Shown here: piece after piece, positions 11,760 through 24,919 of the stretch
Layout of the letters: every line of letters begins with the position of its first letter
How positions within the stretch are numbered: the stretch's first letter is position 1
From: Callorhinchus milii
Lineage: Eukaryota
Reading direction: 5' to 3'
DNA: 64,000 nucleotides
Assembly (NCBI RefSeq): GCF_018977255.1
Contig: NW_024704742.1
Location: 63,800,001 to 63,864,000 of the forward strand
Translations under genes and position numbers: made by a program
The notes under the pieces: model-generated
What the model was told of the DNA's origin: nothing
Databases searched by the model: none
Seen by the model: the letters and a program-made list of their open reading frames with translations, nothing else

Positions 11760-12084
11760 TAATAATAATAATAATCCTTGCATTTGATATAGCGCTTTTC
11801 ACGTCGGGAGGACGTCCCAAAGCGCTTCACAGAACACACTGTAAAGTGAATTGACTGTATATTTGTGGGTGAACGCGGCAGCCAATTGCGCACAGCAATG
11901 TCCCACAAACAGTCGTGGATTGAAAATGACCAATTTTATTATTGTTTTTGGTTTTGGAGGGATTATTATTAGGCTCTGTGTGGAGTAAGGAAACTTGCCC
12001 AAGGTTTCGCCCTGACCTGCCTGGAATTGAACTCAGGTCTCTCGCTTGCAAAGCGAGTGCTCTAACCACTGAGCTACAGGATTC
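11760..12084 (-). mobile_element. SINE family A, short variant, full length
   Basis: Closely matches 4066-4386 and 22607-22908 along its length. Confidence 0.9.
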
Positions 12085-13509
12085 ATTAACAAGACTCTCA
12101 AAAAATAGCACATCCCTGTAAAAATAAACATCAAGAGGCACCCGCTCAACAAACTGCAATGCCTGACAGATCGTTTCACTGAAAAACCTCCTGGGAAAAG
12201 GCTAAGGAGCTCTAATTAACAACCACCGTGTTTTTTTTACAATGTTAATGAGGTTTAAATGGTGGCAACTTGTAACTTGAAACAGGTCAGTAAATAAGAG
12301 AAGCAAATTTCCCGCAAACAAAATACACCAGAAAAACAAAGGGCAGCTCCACTCTGTAAGTGGATCAAGGCAGAGCAGGGAGCCTGTATGAAAAGGGTGG
12401 GGGGAAGAAAAGAAACAGAGAGCCCGGGGGTTAAGCCTGGGGTGGGTGGGGGGGGAAGAGGAAAGATAGCAAAGAGCCCACGTGCCAGAGGGAATGGGCC
12501 AGAGAGCCCCCGCAGTCAGACAATATTCCGGATTCCCAGAGGTTAGCTGGTGTAGATACGATGGGCTAAACAGCATTCTGCGTGGTCTAAGGTTTCTATG
12601 GTTCTGTGAGCCATTATTAAGGATTTTCATTAGGAATGGCTGCAGTTCAGATTTCACTGTGCCGCTTTGCGCAATTTTAAAAAAAAGCAGTTGCTCACAG
12701 AGTCCTCATGAAATCACAACATATTTCTAAAGACCATCAAGAACACGGATTCCCAAATATCTTTCTCGCTGTTCAATGGACAATGTCTTAGTGACATTTG
12801 TGCACTCCTTCCATTGCCATTAGCTCCCATCCCAGGGGCAGAGGATGTCAGTGGAAGTACACAAACAGCAGCTACTAAAATAGACCTGAACAGGGGACAA
12901 CTTTGGCCTCTTAAATCGATCAAATGTGGGATACTTTTTAAACCCACACACAGATGAGCTTCTTGCTTTCCATATATAGGCAGCTATTGCGATTGCAATG
13001 TGCAGCAGCTTAAAGCGTGTGACTTGAAAGCAGTATCTGCCATACATGGAACATTTAACGACCAGAGAAAGGGAAAACTTTCAGCAGCACAGCACCAGCT
13101 GGAACATTCAATATGATTTTACTGCCACAAATAGTTTTTTCAGTCAAATATTTCCAAATAATCTGTGGGTCAGATTCAGATCACGAGACAGAACTGGATC
13201 ACGATTCCATCTCACCCTTCTGCTATTTGGTAATTTAGTATGAAAAACAAAGTCTCTCCTCATTTAATAACACTTGCACCGCACGATGTTGCCTGATTTT
13301 CTTCAGAGTTTGGCAAACTTCAGGAGCTGTCAAATTGCATTCCCCCCAGGGATGGCAAAGTTCAGCCCCCCCCCCCCCCCAAATAAACAAACAGTCACTA
13401 GTTTCCAGCCAGACTTTGCAAACTTGGGATTCGGCTGTGATACGCAAAAAGGAAACTGCGAATATTATAAATTAGACGCCTCCGTTTCTATAATCTTCAA
13501 CACTTACAA

Positions 13510-13866
13510 TTTAATAATAATGATAATAATCCTTGCATTTGATATAACGCCTTATCATGTTGTTGATACATCTCAAAGTGTTTCACAGAATATACAGTTT
13601 ATTTTAAGGGTGAAATGTGGCAGCGAATTACACACAGCAGTGTCCCACAAACAGTCGTGGAATCAGTTATCAAATTTTTTTTGAGGGATTATTGCCCCAG
13701 GTAAACGATCCACGAATTGACTAACAACTGGGTTCCTACTTACTGCTGAGTAAACAGAGGAGTGTGGAGTAAGGAAACTTGCCTAAGGTTTCGTCCTGCC
13801 GGGAATTAAACCCAGGTCCTCTCGCTTGCGAGGCAAATGCGCTAACCAACGTGCTATGGGCCTCCA
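13510..13866 (-). mobile_element. SINE family A, long variant
   Basis: Same head, body and tail, with the extra internal segment. Confidence 0.85.
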
Positions 13867-16800
13867 CAATTTATAATCTTTTCAATGTACAGATTCAGTC
13901 TTCTTAGGTGAAGGATGATTAAAGTACTCTTAGTTCTGTTTTAAAGATGGTGCTGATATTTTGGGGTGAAAAATGCCATGTTTTGTAACCAAAGTGGTTG
14001 TCATCATTGGAACAGCTTAATTAACTCAATATGACAAATCTCTCTGAATATCAAACGTGTATTTCTGACCTGTATTTAAACATGATCATCGTTTAAATAT
14101 TCACCAAGTTAATTTATAAGTGGGGAGGAAGATATGAAATATGAAATATGAAAAATGACATATTAAACTGATCAAACTATATTGGTCTTAGTAATTTCTT
14201 CTTTCAAAGCAGCACATATAAGTTTTCTTTGACAAAAGTTCTTTTTCTACAAACACGCTTTGTATCCAATCTGTACTTCAGAAGCAAAGGGCGCAAGACC
14301 CTGTGAAAACTAACACTTTCCCATGGGAAAATCTTTTTTTGAAATGACAGTGGATCTGGGGTCAATTCTCTCCTTTCTGGAGGAATGAATGCAGGTCAGA
14401 AGCAGATTTCAGGTAGGTGTTAACCAGCACCTGGAACCTATCCAGAACACTGGATGCAAGCCCGAGGCTACTGTGCTCCTCCACACGGTAACAATTGACA
14501 GTAATATCTGTCCAACAACACAGAACGACTCAGATTTCTAAACCCAGATTGACTTTGTTGAGTTTGGACAAATAACCAGTGTATGCTGCAGGCCGTAGGT
14601 TTATCTTGCTTAACATTATTAAAAAAAATCTAGAGTACGTGTCAAAGGACCAAAGAAACACAATGTGAAGGCTTGTCAAGTACACGTAAAGCTGCTGGTC
14701 TATACTGCACAAGCCAATCTGCCAGTCAGACACAGATGAGATTTATATATTTCTATCCTGGCTCAGGTGCCTGTAAAACAACCAGAAGTACACAATAGGT
14801 TTGTGCAATTCCTCGTCAATAGCTCCAAAACACATAGAAGATGCTTGCTCTGTACTATCCATGTCTCAGTCTGCAACCCAGACAATTACCCATTTCCAAG
14901 CTGCTTCAGTTCAACAAGTGAGAAACAGTATCATAGGAACTGCTAGACTACAAAAGTCCAAGGTCCATCCAGTTCACTTTCCACTAAGCATGCACATGTC
15001 AATGTCCTGTACTATTTATATATTGCATTCAAAAATATTATTTTTCACTGACAAAGTATTATTTCCTAAAATACATCTATCAAATTGCATTTGAAAGAAT
15101 CAACACTTTCTACTTTCACTGTCTTGCTAGGGAGCCTGTTCCATAGATTTACCACTCGCTCACTGAAATAGAGTTTCCACAGATTTGTTTTGAATTTACC
15201 CTCCGTCAATTGCAGGTTCTAGGCAGCTTCGGTTTGGCCTGAACTCCCTATCATACCTAGAATTGTTGCTAGTGCTGATTCACTGATAGTTATACCCATG
15301 TGTAATGTCTACCAAGAGAATTCAGCACAAATGACCCAAAGGTTACAACTTCAACTGAATTTGTACACATGATGCAGAATTGCAGAGTGTGGAAAGTAGA
15401 GTCATATTCAGGGTCAAGGTGATGCCCTGGGTTTAATAGACCCATGGATAATCAGGAGGAAATAGTTGAGGTTGGAGCTCAGTGTGGAAAAATAATCAAA
15501 AAAAAGATTAAATGGGGAACACGTGCATTGAAGGATAAGCAAGCGTATCATACCAACACAAAGTGGGAGTTAGAAGTATCCGCAGAGCAGTGAAAATAGA
15601 CAACAGCATCACACAAGCACGGGGGAAAGAGAGGAAGATGGGGACTTAAGAGTATTAAAATGTTCCTCGTATGGATAGATCTGTAAAGTTGGACAGTGGA
15701 ACGGCACTATTAAAAGGTAGGACATAACAGCTGTTGAGAGGACATGAGACAACAGGAGAGAGACAGCTGATACAACCTAACAGAAATGTTATGATGAGAT
15801 CAAAACAGTATTTGTAGTGGAGTGGATAAGAGATCTAGGTTTAAAACTGAAATACCTCATCCAGAATGAGAGATCAGAAGGATCTTTTTCTCTTCTCAGC
15901 TCTGCTTCAAAGGCAAGCTGAGAGGAGATCTGAAAGCATTACTCAGGATTTTACCATGAAGAGCGGTAACTGTGTATCATGTAGACAAACTCAACAACCA
16001 ATTTGCGCACAAACAGCCATGAAATGAATGTCCCAATTCTAATCTGGGGGATTGTTGGCCAGGAGACCAGGAGAAACTCCCTTCTCATTTTGAATAGTGT
16101 CACAGGATCTTTAACTTCCATCTGAACAGGCAGACATTATAACAAGAAAACAAAGCTGATAGGGGATGCATTCGATAGGGGACCCTTATAGATAACAAAA
16201 AAGTGAGTTTCATAGATTGTGAACGTCACCTCTCACACCAATCATCAATGATTAATCTTTTCTGTGAATTAGTTTTTCTGGGAAATTTTTACAACACAGT
16301 TTACATTTGTAAAGCACCTTTCATGTAGGGAAGACGTCTCAAAGTGCTTCATGTGCTGAACATGCATCTGAACAGTTGTGAGTGGGAACGAGGAGAATGG
16401 AGAGGGATAAGATGACCAAAGGCATTGATCAGAGGAACTTTTTGAAACATGCCTTGAAAGTGAGGAGATAGGGAGTGTGTCAGAGAGTCTCCGAGATAGA
16501 ATTCCAGAGAGCAGTGACAGAAAGGCTGAAAGCCCACCCGGTTAGGGCGCGGGCACGAAGCTGGCTGGTGCTCACTGAACAAAGGAGCGGCCGGGTGGGA
16601 GTTGCGGGGGAGAAACAGTCCTCAAATTATTCTTCATCCGTTAAGAGAAGTCACTGGAGTTACGAAGACAGCCCTGGAATACATTTGTTTTTAGCATTGC
16701 AACCCAGTATAAATTGCTATCTGAACCAAATTATTTTAAGAAAGGATGCTTAAAAATAAGATGACACCAAAATGGCACCTAGTCCCCTTGACACACTTCA

Positions 16801-17174
16801 CCGTTCAGGGTCAAATGGCTATGCTGGCGTGAAGCTGTTCATGGATTTTTCAATAAACCCCTCTGCTTATTGTTGTTTTAACGATCAATACAATACCAGC
16901 AACATGATCCTTCCATCTATTTGTAGAACATGGCGTAACCTTGCCAGCCGCAATATATAGATCAGCTTGTCACAGGAGGGAATTAGGGAAGGGATCAGCT
17001 TTGTCATTGTGAATGAGCCTTTAGCAAGAAAGCTTAAATCTCTTTTGATGGAAACGGAAAGGAGCACCAAGGTACTTGAATGGCTCCGAATGGTTCACCT
17101 TCAGAAAGGATTCCTACAGCGTATTAATAAGAGCATTGGTAAGAGGAAAGGAGTCCTACAGCATACTAGTAAAA

Positions 17175-17395
17175 GCAAGTGAGAGGACCCGCTTGCAAGG
17201 TAATAATCCCTCCAAAAATAATAATAAATTGGCCACTCAATCCACGACTGTTTGTGGGACACTGCTGCATGCAATTGGCTGCTGCGTTTCGCCCACAAAA
17301 TATACAGTCAATTCACTTTACAGTATATTCCGTGAAACGCATTGAGACGTCTCAACAATTTGAAAAGGCGCTATAACAAATTCAAGGATTATATT
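17175..17395 (+). mobile_element. SINE family A, 5'-truncated
   Basis: taataatccctcc...aatccacgactgtttgtgggacactgc...gcgctataacaaattcaaggatt. Confidence 0.8.
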
Positions 17396-17638
17396 ATATT
17401 TCTACACTAATTCAGAAAGTGGTGGGGAGTGGGGGAGTGGGCGGGGGTAAGAATGGGAAGTCTCCGGGTAAACCAGATGGGAATTGTTTTGATTTGTGCA
17501 AAACAGATACACGTTCTCCAGCTGTACTGCACAGCCAGCACAGAATGAATGAAAGCATCTCTTATAGACATTAGTCCAAGAACAGGCGAACCTACTCAAA
17601 GGGAAAGCAGCTCTTTGTTACAATAAACTCAAGTTTAC

Positions 17639-17771
17639 CTTGCAGTCCATTCTGCACAGTTTTCCCTCTTGGACGATCATGTCTCCGGGTGCCTGCAGGA
17701 AGTGGGGGCGGAAGAAGCGCTCCTGGATAGACTCTGGTTCCTCTCCACTGTCCCTGGAGCGGGACCTCGGT
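17639..17771 (-). CDS. PALLD: Palladin coding exon (PRSRSRDSGEEPESIQERFFRPHFLQAPGDMIVQEGKLCRMDCK), linker and start of Ig4
   Basis: ttttgttctcag|A CCG AGG ... TGC AAG|gtaaac; 133 nt, phase 2-0. Confidence 0.97.
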
Positions 17772-19414
17772 CTGAGAACAAAAGCAGGGACAAAATTCAA
17801 TCCACCATGAGCTTCAATGGCTCTACAGCAACCAGGTTATCCTAGTCTATAAACAATAATTTAATTGAACGTGTCCGACCACTGCAATATAAATTCATTT
17901 ATCCTCCTTGTCCCCACACCGCCCCAAAAAAACACTCAAGGTTGAGAGATCTGAGATCTGTGCGGATGATGGAATGGGTGGGTATTATATCCTCCTTAAC
18001 ACTGGCAAATATGGAATGAAAGCCCATCTAGGTCATTAATTGGGATAATCTCTATGCACATCAAGTGCAAGTTGCCAATCTGCCAACTCTATTCACCAAT
18101 AGGCACCTTCCCTCCCGGCCATAATGAAACCTCAGGGAGGGAAAGATATTCAGTTAAATAGGATATAGGAAAACAAATGATTTGAAAAACAAACTAGAGA
18201 TAGCAGTGGCACAGACACAATGGGTCAAACACCTCCCTCCCCCAGAAAATTTACATTTCTGTGAATTTTTTTTGGTCAGCCAGATGTCTCACACATGGAA
18301 ATCCATCACCATACCTAAGAGTATCCAAACCAAATTGCATCCAAATTCCATGCATCCCACCTACATATGGAAATCTCACAGATAAATTGTTGGACAAGAG
18401 ATTACATTAACTCCTTAAGGAGAAATTTAAACTGTTTGTAAATAATAATCCTTGCATTTGATACAGTGTTTCTTCACGTCTTCTAGACATCTCAAAGCGC
18501 CTCATAGAATTGACTGTAAAGTGAATTGACTGTATATTTGTGGGCGAATACTGTATAAACCCATCCAAGCTCTCCTATATACTACCATACTGCCTGCAAG
18601 TCATTCAACATCACGCAGCCCCCCTCTCCTGTCCACACACACAAATTATACAGCAAGCCTTTTGATTAATAGTCATTTCAGAATATTGAATGTTACATTT
18701 GGATATCAATTTACAACAGAAAATACACTGCCACACATGGATCAGTTTTGTGTGCAGCAAAGGAATCAAACTTGCACATTTCAAATCTAAATCCCCGGCC
18801 CCCAAACATGTCTAAATACAGATCTGAGCACAAAGAAACTCGAGCCAGCAGTGCTGACTCATCATAAATTCCACCTGGCTTGTCAAACAGAGCAGATGTC
18901 AATTAACAACAACGCTAAACAAGCCGAACACATTCGCCCTGATCAGAGACGCCGAAAATGCCTTTCTGAAGGGTCATGAATTTCTACACCATATCCCTAG
19001 AACGTCTCTGCTAAAGATTATTGATCCAGCATGTGTGTGGGAAAGAGAGAGAGAGACAGAGCAAAACCAATACTTAAAAAAATAAAATGTGGGGTGAAAT
19101 TTCTGCTTTTCTGTGAAACTGACTGTGTGCAATTCTGGAGAGGAAATCCCATTGTAAAGCCCACAACATGAAGTGTAACTTTTCCGACCAGCGGAACATG
19201 CATTACTAGTGGCTCCTGTGTAAAGTTTCTGTTGGTGAGCAATGGTGATTTCATAATGGAATTATCAACAGTGTCTATTGAAAGACTAAATCAGTACGTT
19301 GCATGACTAGCGTCTAGAAGTTAGATTCTGTACTCGCAGTGGATTCAAAACTACAGAACAGCCTTGGTGGCTGAATGATCTTTTGTGTTGGTATAAAACA
19401 TTAAGATCCATATT

Positions 19415-19800
19415 CCTCTTGATCCACTCATTTACTGCACCTTGGCTGGACTATGCCAACTCCCTGCTTGTCGGCCTTCCCAACTCTTCCTCCACAGGCT
19501 GCAGATCGCACCAGGCTCCGTGACCCTATCACCTTCACCCTCGCCCGGCTCCACTGACTCCCCATCTCCCAGAGGATAGAGTTCAAAATCCTTACCCTCG
19601 CCTTCAAAGCCCTCCATGGCCTTGTCCCTCCTGACCTCTGTGACCTGCTAACCCCATATCAAAACCTGTCTGCTCCCTCTGCTCAGCAGGCTCTGGTCTA
19701 CTCCACGTCCCCTGCCCGGCCTGTCCCACCATCGGCGGTCGGGCCTTCAGCCTTTTTGCCCCCACGCTTTGGGACTCCATCCCACATTCCCTTCACTTTA
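19415..19800 (+). mobile_element. L2 LINE ORF2 3' fragment, about 20 nt from an exon donor
   Basis: Degenerate translation LDYANSLLVGLP...LHRLQ...LARLH*LPISQRIEFKILTLAFKALHGL, typical of L2-clade ORF2 ends. Confidence 0.85.
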
Positions 19801-19820
19801 GATTGTCAGAAAGTCGTTAC

Positions 19821-19915
19821 CTTCGAACATTCGATTGACCGAGAGGGGAGCGGGGAGAGCGTCCTCGCTGGCTGACAGTTTGAACCATCAGCCTTGCTGT
19901 GCAGCTTGTTCTACC
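19821..19915 (-). CDS. PALLD: Palladin coding exon (GRTSCTARLMVQTVSQRGRSPRSPLGQSNVR), Ig3 end and linker
   Basis: tttgtctcccacag|GGT AGA ... CGA AG|gtaacg; 95 nt, phase 0-2. Confidence 0.95.
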
Positions 19916-20042
19916 CTGTGGGAGACAAAACGAAAGTGGCTTCTTTAATGATGCAGCTTCAAAACTAGATTTTGAACCATCAATTTTTAGAAGTCACTTG
20001 AAAAAAGGTTTTATGAAGCACGCATTCCACTTGTGATATAAG

Positions 20043-20465
20043 AATAATAACAATAATATTGTACTTGCATTTGATATAGTTCCTTATCATGTGGTCAAGG
20101 CATCCCAAAGTGTTTCATTGGATATATTGTAAAGTGTTGTGATTGTGCATATTTTGTGGGAGAATGCAACAACCAGTTTGCACACAGTAATGTCCCACAA
20201 GGAACCAATGGAATGAGTGACAAATTTTATTTGGGGAGATTCTCTTCTCTTTTTGAACAGGATCTTTAATGTCCACTTGCACAAGCATTTGGTTTAAACG
20301 GGAATCGGTTTAAACGTCTCAGCTGAAGGATGACACCTCCTAAAATACAGCACAGCCCTGGAGCATCAGCATAAACTATATGAGTTCCAAGTATTAACAT
20401 GGGACTTGAATCCACAGCTTTCTGACTCACAAGGCGGGAATGCTACCAACTGAGCCATGTTGACA
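20043..20465 (-). mobile_element. SINE family B, near full length
   Basis: Head ggctcagttggtagca...gagtcagaaagctgtggattcaagtccc; core; tail. Confidence 0.8.
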
Positions 20466-21185
20466 TTTGCAGTTAAGCTACAGTTCCTGAACTACGGGTG
20501 GTTTGTCCTGAATTATTGCCTCTTAAATAATGTTTTCTTTCTGAAAATGACCATAGCAATGTGCAGTGCTAGAAAAGAGCACTGCAGTCCTTGGATTGGT
20601 CACTTTTGTTGCCATGTATTTTGTTTGATAGAAGCAAGCAAGCATGCAAACATTTTGTTTTAGGTGGTTGGGGGGATAAAACACTGTATTTAAATATTCG
20701 CATGCACAGTCACTACACGTTACAGTAAATCTTGTGAAGCGCTTTGAGATGTCCTCCCGACATGAAAGATGCCATATCAAATGCAAGGACTGTAATTATT
20801 AGAAAAATGGTTATTCTGTACACTTTGAGATCTGCACTGACAGGGGTTACATCCCCAAATTTGCACAATTCCTTCACAGATGTTCCTAAAAAGCAAGTCG
20901 GAAATCTGCACAATTTAAAACCGAGGAAGTGGGTGGTTTACATATTTTTGCCAAGTGTGCGGTTGGGTCTTTGTAAAGCCACTCCACTTCCTGTTTGGTC
21001 TACTGAAGGCAAAGGAAATAGAGTCAGAACTGAGGTCAAATAAAATAAGAGCACAAAGCAAAAAAAAACACAACCTCACAGTGTAGCTATCCATCAGCTG
21101 AGTTCAAACTCAATAGCAGGGAATTTATAAACCAGAACAAATTAATTGCGACTTTAACCCCTTCTAAAAAGAGTCTCAGCAGATG

Positions 21186-21495
21186 TAATAATAAGAATAC
21201 TTATGTTTGATAGAGTGCCTTTCACGTTAGGAGGGCATCTCAAGTGGTTCACAGGATATACTGTAAAAGTGCAGTGACTGTGTGTTTTGTAGGTGAATGT
21301 GGCAGCCAATTTATTCACAGCAATGTCCCACAAACAGCCATGAAGTGGATGACAAATGTTATCTAGGAGATTGTTTGGCGAAGAGACTGAGAGGACCTCC
21401 CTTCTCTTTTCAAACAGAGATCTTTAAAGTCCACCTGAACAGGCAGATAGTAGCTTGATAATGTCTCATCCGAAGGATGGCAACTCTGACAATGT
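21186..21495 (-). mobile_element. SINE family B, 5'-truncated; an opposite-strand 5' fragment lies at about 21715-21905
   Basis: ccacctgaacaggcaga...gtctcatccgaaggatggca. Confidence 0.75.
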
Positions 21496-22606
21496 GTAGA
21501 GCTCAAAGTCTTCACTTGGAAGCAGTATATGTTTAATAAAACATCTGTCCCATTTGAGGTGGAAGTTAAAGATTGCATGGCTTCATGATCATTAGTGGAC
21601 TATTACTGTATGCAAATTAACTGCTGCATACCCCTATACATAGTCACTATCTTAAACAGTAAATTCTGTTAAGTGCTTTGAGATTATAAAGCAATAGTGA
21701 GGAGGCGCTAGATCTTGCCTCCGAATCAGATGGTTGTGGGTTCAAGCCCCACGTAGGGGGGTTCCAAATTTTATAGGCCGACACTCCAATGTAGTGTTCG
21801 GTGTGCTGCCTTCTGATGAGATGTTAAACCAAAGTTTTGTCTGCTTGTTTAGGTGGACGTTGAACATCTCATGGTGCTATTGGAAAAGAGGAATTTCTCC
21901 TGGCATGTTTTTTGTCCATTCGTGTGAGAATTTGTGTTAGGATTACTGTGAGAATTGCTGCAAAAATGGAGATCATTTGAATATGCAGTACCAGTATATT
22001 ATAAAGACAGATTTATATATAGAATAATAAGGCACAGAAAAAAGCCATCTGCCCCAACTGTGACGCTGAGTATACTACACATGTGCCTCTGTCTGTCTAT
22101 TCCCTTTTAGCTCACGTAATGCATGAAATTTCTTAAATATGTTGATGCTGTATGCTTTACCCACAGCTTTTACCAACATTCTCAGGCTTATGGACCATTT
22201 GTACCAGTTTGAGAATCCACAAATAGTTGCCCAACACGTGAGGGAGATGCCTTAGACATTTTATGGCAATCCTTAGAACCCCTTAGAAATTGGAATTTCA
22301 GTCGTCAGAAATAGAGAGGCTGTCACTTCATCCAGATTAGACAGACTCCGATTTTTGTAAGTATAGTAAAAAAATCATTTTGTTTAAATTGACAGCTCAG
22401 CAGGTCAATGGTTGATATGCAAAGGATTACATTTGGTCAAGATACCAATCTGTAAACTAATAAAGCACAGTGGCGGGGAAATGAGACCCAAAGAAACCCG
22501 AGGAAGGGTACTGACTTCTCGCTTGAGCTCACTGGTTAACATGTGAGGAGGTTGAATGGCAACTTGCTTGACCACGTCTGTCAACATGCAACTTGCCCTG
22601 CTGACT

Positions 22607-22908
22607 TAATAATAATAATCCTTGCATTTGATATAGCGCTTTTCATGTTTTCTAGACGTCTCACAGAATATGCTATAAAGTGAAATGACCGTATATTTTG
22701 TGGGCAAAACGCGGCAGCCAATTGCGCAAAGCAGCATCCCACAAACAGTTGTGGATTGAAAATGACCAATTTATTATTGTTTTGTTTTGGAGGGATTATT
22801 ATTAGGCGTGTGGAGTAAGGAAACTTGCCCAAGGTTTCGCCCTGTCTGGAATTGAAGCCAGGTGTCTCGCTTGCAAGGCGAGTGCTCTAACCACTGAACT
22901 ACAGGACT
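22607..22908 (-). mobile_element. SINE family A, short variant, abutting the tail of a second SINE fragment (22909-23020)
   Basis: Full head to tail; immediately followed on the plus strand by another ataatcatccttgcatttg tail. Confidence 0.9.
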
Positions 22909-23961
22909 TAATAATCATCCTTGCATTTGAAAAAGCGCCTTGTCACTTCTTCCATATGTCTCAAAGCGCTTCACAGAGTATATTGTAAAGAGAATTGACT
23001 GTTTATTTTGTGGGTGAAACCTGTTCAGAGCATAACTTTGATTAGTTTCTGTGGACAGTAAACTCTAAATCTAAAACTCCTCTTCACACTGAGACTGAGC
23101 CCAGCTTCAAGCTGTGATGCTGTATCTGTCATGATGATTCAGTCTGTCACTTAAATTAGCAATGACTCAATTAACTTAGTTTCACACTTCTGTCTGCCTC
23201 TGTCAAGTCTTTGATTCTGCAGGTTAAACCCTGATAGACCTGGTGCCTCAGTTTCTGAAAAATCCTTTGATCAGATAAAGTCAGTCAATCAGTATTGGCC
23301 TGTCTTGCATTCTTTAAAGCAGCCAGAAGTGACCACATGTGTAGTAACTGGCAAATTTCAGTATGTGCAAATTACTCAATTGATCCATTGAATAATAACT
23401 CTTAATTGAAGTTATATTTAAGTCAGTTCATAGACGGTTTCAGTATCCCTTAAAATAATATTCAAAGGATCTCTCCAAGCCATTTAACATTCTTGGGATT
23501 CTTCAGTATCCCCAAAAGGTTAATACACACCCAGTTCATGTTCTTATATCCTGAGAACATCCAGTGTAGAACTAAGTTTCTTACATATTGGACATTTCTT
23601 TGGGGTATAATGTTTTTTCTTGTAACATACACAACAACAAAATTACATTTATGTAGTGCCTTTCACGACGAAAGTACGTCCCAAGTCACATGCAACTATG
23701 GACATGAGCAATGCACCACACTCAGTAGCAGCAGCAGATCAAAATGCACATTGGAGGATGGACATAAAATCAACATAGCACTAAAGCCTAGAATAAACTG
23801 CATGTACAGGACGGGGAGAGATATAAAAAGGACACATTAATGTCAACAAACACTTAGCCAAAATTTCATTTTAGAATATTGCCACTCTGTTACCCTTGCA
23901 GCATTTGTTCAACTTTTCACTCAGTCGCGCACAAACACGTAGAATAATAATTTGAACCTAC

Positions 23962-24111
23962 CAGTGGGTTGGCCAACATGATGGTATAATTCCCATCATC
24001 GTCCAGCGTGGCAGCTTCAGTGCTGAGAGAACATGTCCCATCTCCTTCACGATGGATCTTGTAGTGCTCACTCCGCTTGGAGATCTGCTTTCCATCTTTA
24101 AACCAGTAAAC
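23962..24111 (-). CDS. PALLD: Palladin coding exon (VYWFKDGKQISKRSEHYKIHREGDGTCSLSTEAATLDDDGNYTIMLANPL), Ig3 core
   Basis: ttgttgttgtag|GTT TAC TGG ... CCA CTG|gtaggt; 150 nt, phase 0-0; I-set Ig motifs WFKDG and DDGNYT. Confidence 0.96.
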
Positions 24112-24919
24112 CTACAACAACAACAACAAATTACATTTGTATGCGCCTTTCAGGTCAGGAGGATGTCCCAGCACAAGAAAGACGAGTGACACCCGAGGAG
24201 AGTGCAAACGCCCCAAAAAAGGGAAGACGGATTAGTAACTTTCTCTACATCACTAGGGATCAAGCCGGGAGTCTATATTTATCCTCTGAATCAGGTCACA
24301 ATTATTTTTTAAAGCAGCTTTGCCTTCAGAAAACACAGTTTAAAATTTAGTTGGTTTCCGGTGGGGAAGAGAGAAAGTGCAATGCTTTTTTCTTTAAAAA
24401 GAAGTACTGTAAGCTCATGTAACAAAAAGCATCTCAACCTAATTTAGGTCACATGGAATAATGTGCAGAGATTTCTAATGGGAGTCCTACTAAGGAATCC
24501 AAATAGAGAGTTCTTCTAAACCAGAAATAGTTATAGTTTGTGCCAATCCATGGTAACTCAGCTCCGAAGATAATCAAAACCATCAGAGTGGAGTTGTCAC
24601 AATAGTTGTGTGACACATTTCCTTATTAAGGAAGCCAGTTACAAGTTGTCAGTTGTCTTATGTTAAGTCTCCAAACACATCATCAAACAATCATAAGACT
24701 GGGTTGGATGGACAAGGTCCTTCTGAGCTCATCCTTCCAGTACCTTCCACCGCACTGTCCTCCCAGAGTACATCTACTGCTTCTTTTTAATCAAAAAAGA
24801 GTCTAGTGTCCTGGCCTCAACCATTCTTCCTGGCAACCTGTTCCAGTTGTTAATTACCCTCTGAATAAATAGAACTTTCTGACGTCTTTCCTGAAGTTAC
24901 CCCTTTGTAACTCTAATGT

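Noticed and set aside
12970..12980. CArG-like CCATATATAGG (also CCTAATTTAGG near 24438 and CCTTATTAAGG near 24621)
   Set aside because: Seven A/T bases between CC and GG, so not a canonical CArG box.
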